From Octopus bimaculoides (Eukaryota), in the NCBI RefSeq assembly GCF_001194135.2, contig NC_068981.1, forward strand, positions 84,909,380 to 84,963,204: DNA of 53,825 nt, read 5' to 3'. Shown here in pieces: positions 25,469 to 38,230 of the stretch; the first letter of the stretch is position 1, and every line of letters starts with the position of its first letter. The position numbers and the translations under genes are program-made. The notes under the pieces are model-generated. The model worked only from the letters and a program-made list of their open reading frames with translations. It had not been told where the DNA came from and did not search any database.

Positions 25469-26805
25469 CATGACGCCATCGCCCTCTTCGATAGGGATAT
25501 TATTGATAAAGAACTGGCAAAATGTTTGCCAGTTAAAAATTATTTTGTGTCCAGGGGTGTCAAATATGCAACGGTGTGGTTGCTTTTTGACATCCCTGAG
25601 GAAGCTTGCATTGCTGCAAGCCAGCCTCTAGAAGGGGAATTAATATTGTTCCTTCCCACATATTTTGGGAGGAAGGTAATAAGAGCCTGGGTATGTGGTC
25701 TACCCCCGGGCACCGAAGCGGGGTGGATTGGAGATACCATCCGGCAGGGACTGGGGGATAGCGGACCCAGTCTCTTAAATGTAAAACTGACGCCGGCGAC
25801 CGATCGGGAGGGATCAAAAGCGATTTTGACCCTGTGGAGCCCATCAGGCTGCGGCCGAAATAGTCTTTCCAGACTTTTTTTTAATGGCTGGCTACAGGTA
25901 TCCGGTGATACTTGAGGGACGCCCCACAGGTGTCACTCGTGCATGGAGCCAGGTCATATTAAAAAGAACTGCCCCCAGGACCATCGTAAGGTCCTGGAAC
26001 AGTCACTGGAAGCCACCTCTCCTACCCGGTCAAAAGGAGAGGTGGATGTGGTTGAGGAGGCTTCAGCATCCTCGACCCAAAAAGGATTAAAAAAGAAGAA
26101 AGCGGGCAACAATGGTTGCCCGCTGAAAGACCCTAGGGCTTCGGGAGGTGGGGGGAGAGACTCCGGACAAAGCGGAAGAACGCCACTCTCCCGAAGTCAG
26201 GAAGAAAAGGAAAAAGAAAGAAGAACGGGTCATTGCAGGCGGACGATGATGTGCCGTCTGCATGTCCCGAAGTTGTGCCACCTACGGTGGAAGAAACGAT
26301 CCCCACCCCTGAAGATGAAGAATTACTTATCTTTTTCTACAAGGGCGGGAAGGTCGAAAATAGTAGAAGAACATAAAGAGACAGTAGATATGGCCTGCAC
26401 ACGAGATCCCGAATGGCCTTTGCAGATAGCTGTGGAGGTCATAAGGATTTTCGTGTAGGAAAAGCATAGAATACTTAAAGAGGATTGTCGACTAGGAGGT
26501 GCAAAAGCCTCGTTAAGAGGGTTTGAAACCGCATCTTATTACATTATTTGTAGTGGTTTAAAACCTTAATTGTGTTTTTTTAAAAATGTTAAGTAAGTGG
26601 TTTTAGTGCCTCTTTTTTGTAAGAGGTTTGAAATCTCATATTGATTTTTTTTTTAAATACGTTTCCGAGAAAAACCCAATCGGCGGGCGTTAGGTTTCGT
26701 CTCTCATTTATTCATTTTATGTCATTTCATTTTCATTCATTAATGTGTTGCCCAGCCCGTAGCTACTCTATGTATTGCCGTTATGGCAAATAAAATGAAA
26801 TAAAG
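25469..26805 (+). mobile_element. Gag/ORF1-only LINE-derived element (L1/Tx1-like zinc knuckle) between two SINE copies
   Basis: Frameshifted ORF1-like sequence leading to YPVILEGRP and CHSCMEPGHIKKNC (CX2CX4HX4C, 25931-25972), then a Lys/Glu-rich tail. No RT seen. 3' end has hairpin TTGCC-GTTAT-GGCAA and two AATAAA. Confidence 0.7.
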
Positions 26806-26945
26806 TAGCTTGCTTACCAACCACATGGTTCCGGGTTCAGTCCCACTGCGTGGCACCTTGGGCAAATGTCTTCTATTATAGCCTCGAGCCGACCAAAGGC
26901 ATGTGAGTGGATTTGGTAGACGGAAACTGAAAGAAGCCTGTCGTA
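26806..26945 (+). mobile_element. SINE family B copy lacking its extreme 5' head
   Basis: Starts tagcttgctt immediately after the AATAAA pair of the gag-only element; ends gaagcctgtcgtatata. Confidence 0.8.
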
Positions 26946-27754
26946 TATATATATATATGTATATNNNNNNNNNNNNNNNNNNNNNNNNNNNNNNNNNNNN
27001 NNNNNNNNNNNNNNNNNNNNNNNNNNNNNNNNNNNNNNNNNNNNNNNNNNNNNNNNNNNNNNNNNNNNNNNNNNNNNNNNNNNNNNNNNNNNNNNNNNNN
27101 NNNNNNNNNNNNNNNNNNNNNNNNNNNNNNNNNNNNNNNNNNNNNNNNNNNNNNNNNNNNNNNNNNNNNNNNNNNNNNNNNNNNNNNNNNNNNNNNNNNN
27201 NNNNNNNNNNNNNNNNNNNNNNNNNNNNNNNNNNNNNNNNNNNNNNNNNNNNNNNNNNNNNNNNNNNNNNNNNNNNNNNNNNNNNNNNNNNNNNNNNNNN
27301 NNNNNNNNNNNNNNNNNNNNNNNNNNNNNNNNNNNNNNNNNNNNNNNNNNNNNNNNNNNNNNNNNNNNNNNNNNNNNNNNNNNNNNNNNNNNNNNNNNNN
27401 NNNNNNNNNNNNNNNNNNNNNNNNNNNNNNNNNNNNNNNNNNNNNNNNNNNNNNNNNNNNNNNNNNNNNNNNNNNNNNNNNNNNNNNNNNNNNNNNNNNN
27501 NNNNNNNNNNNNNNNNNNNNNNNNNNNNNNNNNNNNNNNNNNNNNNNNNNNNNNNNNNNNNNNNNNNNNNNNNNNNNNNNNNNNNNNNNNNNNNNNNNNN
27601 NNNNNNNNNNNNNNNNNNNNNNNNNNNNNNNNNNNNNNNNNNNNNNNNNNNNNNNNNNNNNNNNNNNNNNNNNNNNNNNNNNNNNNNNNNNNNNNNNNNN
27701 NNNNNNNNNNNNNNNNNNNNNNNNNNNNNNNNNNNNNNNNNNNNNNNNNNNNNN

Positions 27755-30200
27755 AAAAAAACAATCTCAATAGAAGAAATTAATATTTTGTCAAAAGGCT
27801 TAAAATTTACCCCAACACCACAGCACCCTAACTCCAATGTAATACAGAACGATATTTGACAGTTCTGTAGAAAACTACGCCCAACAGAGGAATTGTACGA
27901 TAAAGAAAATAGGGGCGTATCAATTGTAAGAAACAAGAGCAATTACAAGCCTACGAAAGGTAAGAATAAAGCTTTAGATAAATTTTGTGATTTTATTGGG
28001 TTGTCCGGAAAGTTCCTGCCGATTTATAGTAGCTTACCTTTCGACTTATTTACGATGAAATCGCCTCAATTCTGGGAAGAGGGTATTTTCAAGTTAAAGG
28101 AAAGATGGAGACGCATTGTGCAACAAAATGTTTCATATTTGGTTGATTAAAAATGTAATGGCAAGTATTTATTGACCTTTTTCTTTCCTTTAAAAATCGG
28201 CACGAACTTTCCGGACAACTCAATATATCTACCTTCCCTTACAAAGAACTTACACACCCTAAAATCAAGCCCAATACCAGTCGAAAAGAACGGGATATTA
28301 TACATGAACTGAAAAACAGTAAAGACATTATAATTAAGGAAGCGAATAAGGGTAGTGCTATAGTCATTATGGATATTGAACACTACAAAAGAGATATACT
28401 ATCTATATTACAAGATATGACCCACTACGAAAATGTATGTAATTACCAAAAATCAAAGACAATGACTGAACTGAACACACTCATTCACAGACATCAAAAA
28501 GAATGTGACTACCTAATGCATTTTGATTGCAAAACTAGCTACTTCTACGGTCTCCCAAAAATCCACAAGAATCAAACTATTAAGAATGCATGTAAAGAAC
28601 CAACTTCAAGTATAAGCATACAATATCCGACCGACCTTAAACTTAGACCAATCGTAGCAGGCCCAAACTGTGAAGCACACACTCGGCAACGTTTTAGATA
28701 TATTGCTGAAACCTATTTTAGAATACATACCTATTCTTGTAAGGGACGACCTGGACCTGTTAAATCACCTCCCCAAATCTATAAACAATGATGCCACTAT
28801 TGTATCTGTTGATGTAGTAAACCTCTATACTACAATCCCACACCAATATGGACTAGAGGCAATAAATTCTGGATTGAGAAATTCCCTCATGAACTTCCAA
28901 CCAGAATTGAAAAGACTGTCATCACAAAAAGATTAGAATTTGTCCTCGAAAATAACTTTTTTGACTTCGAAGGCAATATTTACAAACAAATATTTGGGAC
29001 GGCGATGGGTACAAGAGTTGCTCCGACTTACACCAATCTAGTCATGGCATACATGAACAATCTAAATAAATATATGGCTTGAAATCACACAAATATCTAC
29101 TCGAAAACTGGAAACACTACTTAGAAGACTGCCTAATCCTATGAACGCACACATTCGAACAACTTTAAAAAATCTTATCAACAACATAAGCAATAATATT
29201 ATGGAATATAGTAAAACTGGAATACAATAAAGCTCAACTACCATTCCTGGTTATACTAATCATCTAAAGAGATAAAAAAAACATTGAAGCAGATATTCAC
29301 TACAAAGAAACAGATTCTAAACAATACTTACCGTTCTCCTCATGCCATCTCAAACACACGAAGAATAATATCCCCTTTAAGTTAGCAAGAAGAGTTTGCA
29401 CAATTGTCTCAAACCATGAAACTCTCAGTAAAAGACTCCAGGAAGTAAAACAAGTATTATTTAACAGACAATATCCATTAATGTTAATAGACAACGGAAT
29501 AGAAGTGCCTAAGTAGTAGATATAGAAGAACTATGAAAAACGAAAAACGCTCTAGATATATCCAATACTCTACCCTTTATTGCAACACACAACCCACGGA
29601 ACACAGAAGTTTACATTATCCACCAGAACATCCTACTATTAAAACAATACACAAGAATGAAACAAGCATTCGAAATACACAAAATAATCAAAAGTAAAAC
29701 ACAATCAAAGTCCCTCAAAAAATTCCCATCGAGTGCTAAATTATCGTCCCCAGTTCCTACACGAACAATCAAAAAGTGTGGCTGCCCCAACTGCGGGACC
29801 TGCATCAACCATATTTAAGACACAACATACAAATTCAAATCAGGACAGTAATTTACTGTAAAAATCACTTTACATGTCCTTCAAAGAATTCAATATACAC
29901 TATCAAATGTCAAGGATGTAATGAAGATTACATAGGTCAAACAAAGCTTACACTAAGACATAGACTGACCATTCACCGACAACAAATACGAGACCCCAGT
30001 ACTAGACAGATTCCAAAGAGTGGACACATCGACATATGTGCAAAAAATAAGTCCCCCAAATTCCAGGTCTTCCTACTCTACCTGTGTTCATCGAATACAA
30101 CAGATGAAGCACGGCTAAACAAAGAAAATACTTTCGTACAAAATTACAAACCAGGACTTAACAAACTTTAACAGAATACATACACAAATAACTATTCACA
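27755..30200 (+). mobile_element. Penelope-like retroelement (RT + GIY-YIG), frameshifted, 5' end lost in gap
   Basis: Translated blocks LSKGLKFTPTP, IIIKEANKGSAIVIMD, FYGLPKIHK, LRPIVAG, VSVDVVNLYTTIP, GTAMGTRVAPTYTNL, CGCPNCGTC and IYTIKCQGCNEDYIGQT...YKPGLNKL*. Confidence 0.92.
27996..28223. mobile_element. Internally deleted mariner nested in the Penelope-like element
   Basis: About 30-bp TIRs (ttgggttgtccggaaagttcctgccgattt / aaatcggcacgaactttccggacaactcaa), TA on both sides, transposase C-terminal remnant KSPQFWEEGIFKLKERWRRIVQQNVSYLVD*. Confidence 0.9.
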
Positions 30201-30879
30201 CACAAAACTCATTCTGCTACTTATCATGAGGAACATACACAATTAACAATCTAAACTTTAACCACTGTACAAACGACTCCTGTCCACTCTCCCACCAGAC
30301 AAATTAAATTTGGAGTGCCTTTATTATAACTAAATATGTTCACTCAACCATGTCGGCCTTCTTTTTAGGCGCAGAATATACTGTCATGTGACACTAACGC
30401 GCGCACCTAGCGAGAAACGTACAAAAGGTTATAAACTTAAACATGTGTTCATTCTCTACAAACACGGTTGGCATAAAACATTCGGAGCATTGACCTTTTG
30501 GATATATTCAGCCAACCGTGTCAGCCTTAACTTGCGACGCCAAACCTCATCACTTGATACTAACACACGGAAGTAGCGGGGAACCTACAAAAATTTCGAG
30601 GACCAGCCATGTGACGATCGTCTACCAATCAAATCCTATTCAAAACATATACTAATTTGAGGCATGAACACCCTATAAAAAATAGGCCAAGCTTTAAGCA
30701 CTAGACAGCTGCGACATAAGCCACGTCTTTTTATTTGAACTATTTGAAAATCAGTGTAAACTGTGAAACCGATTAAAGCTATAATTATATTAATAAAAAA
30801 AATTAACTATTCTCAGTGCATTTTCAACTTCTATTTTTCTTTCATTTCTACACGTGTGGAAAAAGATAACTTTGTTTTT

Positions 30880-30926
<47 letters not shown>

Positions 30927-32715
30927 NNNNNNNNNNNNNNNNNNNNNNNNNNNNNNNNNNNNNNNNNNNNNNNNNNNNNNNNNNNNNNNNNNNNNNNNNN
31001 NNNNNNNNNNNNNNNNNNNNNNNNNNNNNNNNNNNNNNNNNNNNNNNNNNNNNNNNNNNNNNNNNNNNNNNNNNNNNNNNNNNNNNNNNNNNNNNNNNNN
31101 NNNNNNNNNNNNNNNNNNNNNNNNNNNNNNNNNNNNNNNNNNNNNNNNNNNNNNNNNNNNNNNNNNNNNNNNNNNNNNNNNNNNNNNNNNNNNNNNNNNN
31201 NNNNNNNNNNNNNNNNNNNNNNNNNNNNNNNNNNNNNNNNNNNNNNNNNNNNNNNNNNNNNNNNNNNNNNNNNNNNNNNNNNNNNNNNNNNNNNNNNNNN
31301 NNNNNNNNNNNNNNNNNNNNNNNNNNNNNNNNNNNNNNNNNNNNNNNNNNNNNNNNNNNNNNNNNNNNNNNNNNNNNNNNNNNNNNNNNNNNNNNNNNNN
31401 NNNNNNNNNNNNNNNNNNNNNNNNNNNNNNNNNNNNNNNNNNNNNNNNNNNNNNNNNNNNNNNNNNNNNNNNNNNNNNNNNNNNNNNNNNNNNNNNNNNN
31501 NNNNNNNNNNNNNNNNNNNNNNNNNNNNNNNNNNNNNNNNNNNNNNNNNNNNNNNNNNNNNNNNNNNNNNNNNNNNNNNNNNNNNNNNNNNNNNNNNNNN
31601 NNNNNNNNNNNNNNNNNNNNNNNNNNNNNNNNNNNNNNNNNNNNNNNNNNNNNNNNNNNNNNNNNNNNNNNNNNNNNNNNNNNNNNNNNNNNNNNNNNNN
31701 NNNNNNNNNNNNNNNNNNNNNNNNNNNNNNNNNNNNNNNNNNNNNNNNNNNNNNNNNNNNNNNNNNNNNNNNNNNNNNNNNNNNNNNNNNNNNNNNNNNN
31801 NNNNNNNNNNNNNNNNNNNNNNNNNNNNNNNNNNNNNNNNNNNNNNNNNNNNNNNNNNNNNGTTAGCCTATAATAGAAAGGTTTATTAGCTACTGCCAAT
31901 ATGCTTCAGCCACTTTTTGACAAGGAAATAATAATTTTATCACCGATAGAATTGTTTCAGAATCGTTTGTTTATGTAGTCGGCACTTAATGTATATCGGC
32001 TGAATGGACGTTAGTGATTGGTTGAAATTACAGAAATACGACAACTTTAACATGGAATGACTTAGGGATTTCTTTTTTTTTTAAGAAGACTAAGAGAAAA
32101 AGATGTTTTATATGACACATTCTACCAATGTTCCAAGTTTCAAAGTGTTTCGTTAAGAAAATACTGTGGCCCCGTTTTTAAAAAGATCCATCTTGGCTTT
32201 CCTGCTAAAGATAGTTGACCTAGCAAATTATTTTATTTTGCTGAAAATAGCTTGAAACCTTGGTTCAGGAAATAGATGGTGAATATTTTTATTTTTCATT
32301 CCATTTCGAAATTATCCCTAATTGTGGGTTTGACTGCTCCTTCTAGCGGGTTAGATGTCCTATCATGGACATCTCTCTTATGTGTTTAAATGTACACTGT
32401 AATATTTATAGGAATNNNNNNNNNNATATATATATATATATATACATGTTTGTGTGTGTGTATGTATGTGTGTGTACCAGATGTATGAGTGGTTAGATGT
32501 AGGTGTTTACTTGCTTTTCTTGTGTGTATGTGTGTAAGCTGGCATGTAGGTGGTAGCTGATGGCATCAGCTTCTTGGTGCTTATGTGCGTGGTTTGCTAG
32601 AGTGTGTATACGTATGGGTGCAGGTACTTATCAGCCATGTATGGGTGTGTGAGTGTGAGAATACATGTCCGTTATTGCCTGCTGTATATATGTGTACGGT
32701 GCCTTCTTACTCTGT

Positions 32716-32781
<66 letters not shown>

Positions 32782-33292
32782 NNNNNNNNNNNNNNNNNNN
32801 NNNNNNNNNNNNNNNNNNNNNNNNNNNNNNNNNNNNNNNNNNNNNNNNNNNNNNNNNNNNNNNNNNNNNNNNNNNNNNNNNNNNNNNNNNNNNNNNNNNN
32901 NNNNNNNNNNNNNNNNNNNNNNNNNNNNNNNNNNNNNNNNNNNNNNNNNNNNNNNNNNNNNNNNNNNNNNNNNNNNNNNNNNNNNNNNNNNNNNNNNNNN
33001 NNNNNNNNNNNNNNNNNNNNNNNNNNNNNNNNNNNNNNNNNNNNNNNNNNNNNNNNNNNNNNNNNNNNNNNNNNNNNNNNNNNNNNNNNNNNNNNNNNNN
33101 NNNNNNNNNNNNNNNNNNNNNNNNNNNNNNNNNNNNNNNNNNNNNNNNNNNNNNNNNNNNNNNNNNNNNNNNNNNNNNNNNNNNNNNNNNNNNNNNNNNN
33201 NNNNNNNNNNNNNNNNNNNNNNNNNNNNNNNNNNNNNNNNNNNNNNNNNNNNNNNNNNNNNNNNNNNNNNNNNNNNNNNNNNNNNNNNNNNN

Positions 33293-33338
<46 letters not shown>

Positions 33339-33339
33339 T

Positions 33340-34400
33340 GTTTGTATGCTAGTGCGGTTGAAACGGCGCTGCCGGAGGTGAGGAGATTTGGCGTTGGATT
33401 GAAATTTGGTGGTTTGGGGGAAAGTTTGGTCGTGTTAGAGGAAGAAAAGAGAGGAAAAGCATACGCGCGTGCCTGTGTGTATGTGTGGAACTCCTGTATA
33501 TGGAGACGGACGTACGGATTACAGAGAATGTATAAGGTTGGTAGATCAGCACGCTGTGGTCTGTGTTGGCATCTGTGGTTAGGAACCCTGTCCCTGATTG
33601 TGGGGCACCAGTGTTGAGGTACCGTCAACATAAAGGTGGTATACATGAGTTGTAGGTGGCTAGTGGTTTGAAGACGGCAGCAATAAGTTTGTATTTCCTG
33701 TTGATAGACACTGCAGTCTGTCTCGGAGAGAGAGAAAGCTGCCAATTGCGGGTGTCGGGTAAGGAGGGACCCTGTCGATGATTGTCCATTCGATGTTGGA
33801 GTTTCATTCCGGATGAAACGAGCGAAAGAGGTGGAATTCTCTTTAACCTTGCATATAAGCGAATCCATATCCTGTGTGTACCGTCCCTTGAAGTCATTGC
33901 CCTTCATGCCGATGTAGTACCTTGTGATGCCATCGGATGGTGTGAGGGTGGGTTTTTACAGTACAGTCCTTGAAAAACAAGATCCTCTTATAAGACAGCT
34001 GGTAGAGTTTCGAAAATTAAAGTGTTGGGTTTGGAATTAGTGTGGATGCATATTTGCGCCTGTTGTGGCGCGTAGCGTTAGCAGCGATGTTGTCTAAGCA
34101 GGAGTAGCTCACCATGAAGTTATGTGGGTTGAAAAGCTTACAGTTTTTATGGCCCTGGGAAACTGTTTCTTAATCAACGGCAGGAAGCTCAAAGATACGT
34201 TAATGAAAACTTCTTGGTCAAATGGAGGATTGAACAACCAAACTATCTTTCTTTTTCTGGTTCTCTTCCGGTGCGGGGGTAGAGGTTTTAAGTCTTCCGG
34301 AAATAGGTACTCAAAGAATCAAACAATACTCACGGTAAGCTCTTCGTAGAGTATTTCACTATCAAGAAGACAGTTGTTGTTTTTAGGGTATAAAATTAAC
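33340..34400 (-). mobile_element. Decayed 3' part of a third Penelope-like lineage (NPP-linker type, possibly Naiad clade)
   Basis: Minus-strand remnants RKRKIVWLFNPPFDQEV, KLFNPHNFMVSYSCLDNI and GSCFSRTVL*KPTLTPSDGITRYYIGMKGNDFKGRY (GIY-YIG YIG motif). Clade name is inference. Confidence 0.75.
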
Positions 34401-35499
34401 GTCAACGTGCTTCTGAAACTCCGGGTGTCACAATGGAGGAGAGTAAAAATAAGTAAAAGAAAATAAGCTTAATGTAAAATAAAATAAACTAAATTTTATT
34501 TTGTTTTACATATTTTATATTATCTACTTTATTCTTTCGTTTTATTTACCCGAGTTTCTAAATTGAGCGTTTCTTATATTTAAGAAGGTTGCATCATTAG
34601 CTAATAAATCCCAGGTCAATTTGTATATATTGAATAGACCCAGCTTAATTCGATAGAGCCAATTATTTAATGCCCATAAAATGTTCTTATGGGAAATCTT
34701 ATTCATTGTTCTACACTACACGTATGTCCATAGATCTGTATGTATATTTATATGTATGTCCGGCGCTTTAGGGGTGATAATATAACTGAAAACAGAATAC
34801 GAAACAATCATAAATATATGGAGTAAATACTTTTATCTCTCACTTCTCTTGAAATTAATTAATTATGTTTTGTATAATGAATACAAGTGGTTAAATGGTT
34901 AGGAATTTCAGCTTCTGTTCCTGTTCCTACATTGGTGAGTTAAATTTTTTAAGCTGTTGTATTGGTACTTCATATCACATTGCTTTTATCTACATAACCA
35001 TGATTTAGATTTTTTTTACTCTGTCTCAATGAATTTTATAAAATATATGTTAGTTCATCAAAACATCAAACTACATATTTCAAATAATGTACTTTAGTAA
35101 TTAAGAGAAATTAATAATTCCCTCAAACAGCATTGCTGAAGAGTCAGAATTACTAGGATTAAAAAAAAATGAGAGACGCTTAGAATATGTTTTATAATTT
35201 TATTAAATACGAAGCTTTTCGTAATGCAGCTTTCTTCAGAGTGTCGTTTCCGCCATTAAACCATAAGACAAGTCTTGCTTTAAAACTGGAACAGTAAGAA
35301 AATGGCATTGATGTCGATCTCTTTCTTTGGCCTAAAAGCTCAGCATGTAAAAATACATAACTTGAAATGTATAAATAGGCAGGAACGGAAAATGAAGAAC
35401 ACTTAATAATATTTCTATAATTAAGAGTTTGATATATACACACACACACACACACACGCACTCATACACCCATATATATNNNNNNNNNNNNNNNNNNNN

Positions 35500-35539
<40 letters not shown>

Positions 35540-36569
35540 CAAAACAAAAGATGCGAGATAGTTTATAATATATTTACTTACACCACTTTGCGTTTCATTA
35601 ACAAAATAATTATATTGTAATTTCTACAACCAATTTGCATTGACAGATCTTCTGAGATGTGTAACTTGCATTCATAATTTAGTAATAGAAACGCTGTCAC
35701 CATCCCAGTGAAATTACGAATGAGAGTTATGGCAAATTTGACAATGTGATCTGATTATATAATTTCCATTATATAACTAATAATAACCCTTTGTCAATGA
35801 GACGTGCACAAGATAGTGTAACTAAATATTTTATAACCACTCTCCACTGTTTTGTTTTCTATGTGTAGTCTGTGATATATCCAATAGTGAATTCCAGCCA
35901 AAATAATATTTAGGCTTTAATACAAGTCCTTCTCACAGTTTCCATCCAGATATATGGAAATACAATGCAGCATCAGCAACTGAATAAGCACTAGTACCAA
36001 AAGATTTCGCTGGAAAAAGAAAAATTGTGGACTGGTCTGTTTATTGTCAACGACTGTCACTTAAATTGGTAAAGGTGGCTGAATGAGAGAAACAATAGAA
36101 GCTTCCGGCATTTTGTCCCATTCTTAGTTTAAGTAGTGTCGAACGTAGCCGCCTTCGATTTTCATCCCTCTGCGCTTGATAGAGTAAGTACTAGTCACGT
36201 TAATGGTTCGGATGTGTTAACTACACAGCCGCAAACTAATATGTACAAGCGTAAAATATAAACTTAAATTTTCAAAATTAGGGTCTGGTTGTATGAAGAT
36301 TACCAGCAAAGTTGTGGTGTTAGTAAAGTGCATTAGATGTAAAGTTCTACTGAAATCAGAAAAGTTGTTTGGAAAGCTCAAGAGATTTAGACGGCTAGAG
36401 CTTCGCCCTTGTTTGTATGTTGCTAAGCAGCAGAGACGTGGAGTTGTCTTTGGTGAGGACACTTACCGATTAAACCAAACGTTTCTAACTGATCTGGTGA
36501 CTGTCAATTTCCGATACCTGGCTAAATTAATGAGTGTTATACACATATATTGACCGTATTTATGGCATT

Positions 36570-38230
36570 TGCTGATAAAAATAAATACAGGGACCAGAAT
36601 AAGATTGATCTGCCAACAGCCAATGAAAGGGTCTGTGGACGATCTTACAGTGACAAACACAACCCATGTGGAGGTGAAACGAATGATGACTTCAACTGAA
36701 TAAACAGTGATACGTGACAGGTTAAAGCTTAAGCCTAAGAAATATAGGAATATGGTGATCAGGAAAGGAAAATTAACAAACAAGATCAAGCAGCAAATTT
36801 AAGGAGAGGTTATTCTATTGATGTAGGAAAATACGATCAAATACCTTCGAAAGTGATCTGATTATTCACACATTAACAGAAGCAATGTCGCCAATATTTA
36901 GAAGCAGAGGAGTGGCTGAGAAGGAATGAAAAGTCATCGCTTCTGGGAAGATTCAAAGCATGGACCTCTACCACAGACTGCCTCTAAGTCCCATATGGTT
37001 GTTGACTATGTATGACATTCTAATGACATGGATAGAAGAGGTGGAGAGGAAGATATACAAGTACTCCGAAGATACTTGGGTATCCCTTCATGCTTCATTA
37101 GGCCTGTACATAATATCTGGACAGCTCCAACTTACCCTGTCATTCGTCATGGATGAATTCAAGGTCGCAAAATATAGAGCTTTAATGATGTACAGAGACG
37201 CCCACAATGAGCATGCCAGACATGCAGATATCACTAAAAATTGAGTGACATGCAGATATCACTAAAAATGAGTAGCCAGCACTACAGTTGCATAAACTGA
37301 AAACGACATCTTTGGAATTACGTGCACTGGCTGGCAGGTTTTCGGTTTTTTTCTATTTCCAGCAATGGAAGAAGAGAGGTACCAAAGAAAGGAGAGCCAT
37401 AACCCAGGCAGAAGTACTGCATCAGAGAAAAGAAAAGAAGCTCAAGAGCTGTAACGATGGTATCTCAGAGAGCCTGGACAAAATAGAACCTCTCCACAAA
37501 AAGATAACCTGGACTGACCTGTGGAAACTAGGACCTTTACGTATCTCTTTCCTGTTGCGAGCAGTGTATGACAATCCCTCAGTGCCAATAAAGCTGCATA
37601 GATTAGCTATGAAGGTGATCAGCAGTGTCAGCTCTGTGGAGAAAAGTGCACTTTGTAATTATCTTATCAGGGTGCAAAACAGGCTCACTCAAGTGGAATG
37701 CAAGTGACTCTATGACAAGGTGCTTGCAATATTCGTTCACAAAAGCAAGAAAGACACAAGAAATACCGACAACAGGGGAAAATAACGCCAGCAATCAAGT
37801 TTGTGAGAGGAGAAAAGAAAAACCAATGATGACCGCAAAAGAAAAAGCAGTCTACTACTTGAAGCCAATAATGGAATATGAAAACAGATCGGGGGTAAGA
37901 TTGTAGATTCCCCAGGTCGTCTAGACAACAGTGAAGACAGATGAGGTTTTCTTGCCTGAAAAGGCAAAAAAAAAGAACGATCTTGATCCAGCTTACAATC
38001 CTGTGGAAAGAAAGGTGCGATCAAGCCATTGAAAAAAAGCGATCCCAGTATTAGAACCTTTTGCAGAATTGCAAGGAGATAGGATGGCAGTCATGGCTTT
38101 TACTACTCAAGGTTGTCTCAATCCATATGAAGAATGTTTGCAGCTACTGGAATAAGAAGACAGCAAAAGACAGATGTCCGCATGATGGGATAGGCAATAG
38201 AAAGAACGCTTTGCTGGTTATAGAACAAAA
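36570..38230 (+). mobile_element. Decayed restriction-like-endonuclease non-LTR retrotransposon (HERO/NeSL-like)
   Basis: Remnants KGSVDDLTVT, LKLKPKK, LQLTLSFVMDEFKVAK, KITWTDLWKLGPLRISFLLRAVYD, zinc knuckle-like CQLCG...IILSGCK and C-terminal CKEIGWQSW; many stops and frameshifts. Confidence 0.8.

Noticed and set aside
34215-34250. FNPPF as a DNA adenine methyltransferase motif
   Set aside because: Context (VSYSC, then YYIG) fits a Penelope-like linker and no SAM-binding motif was seen.
36293-36553. 86-aa ORF upstream of the HERO-like relic
   Set aside because: No recognisable motif or splice signals; probably degraded element sequence.
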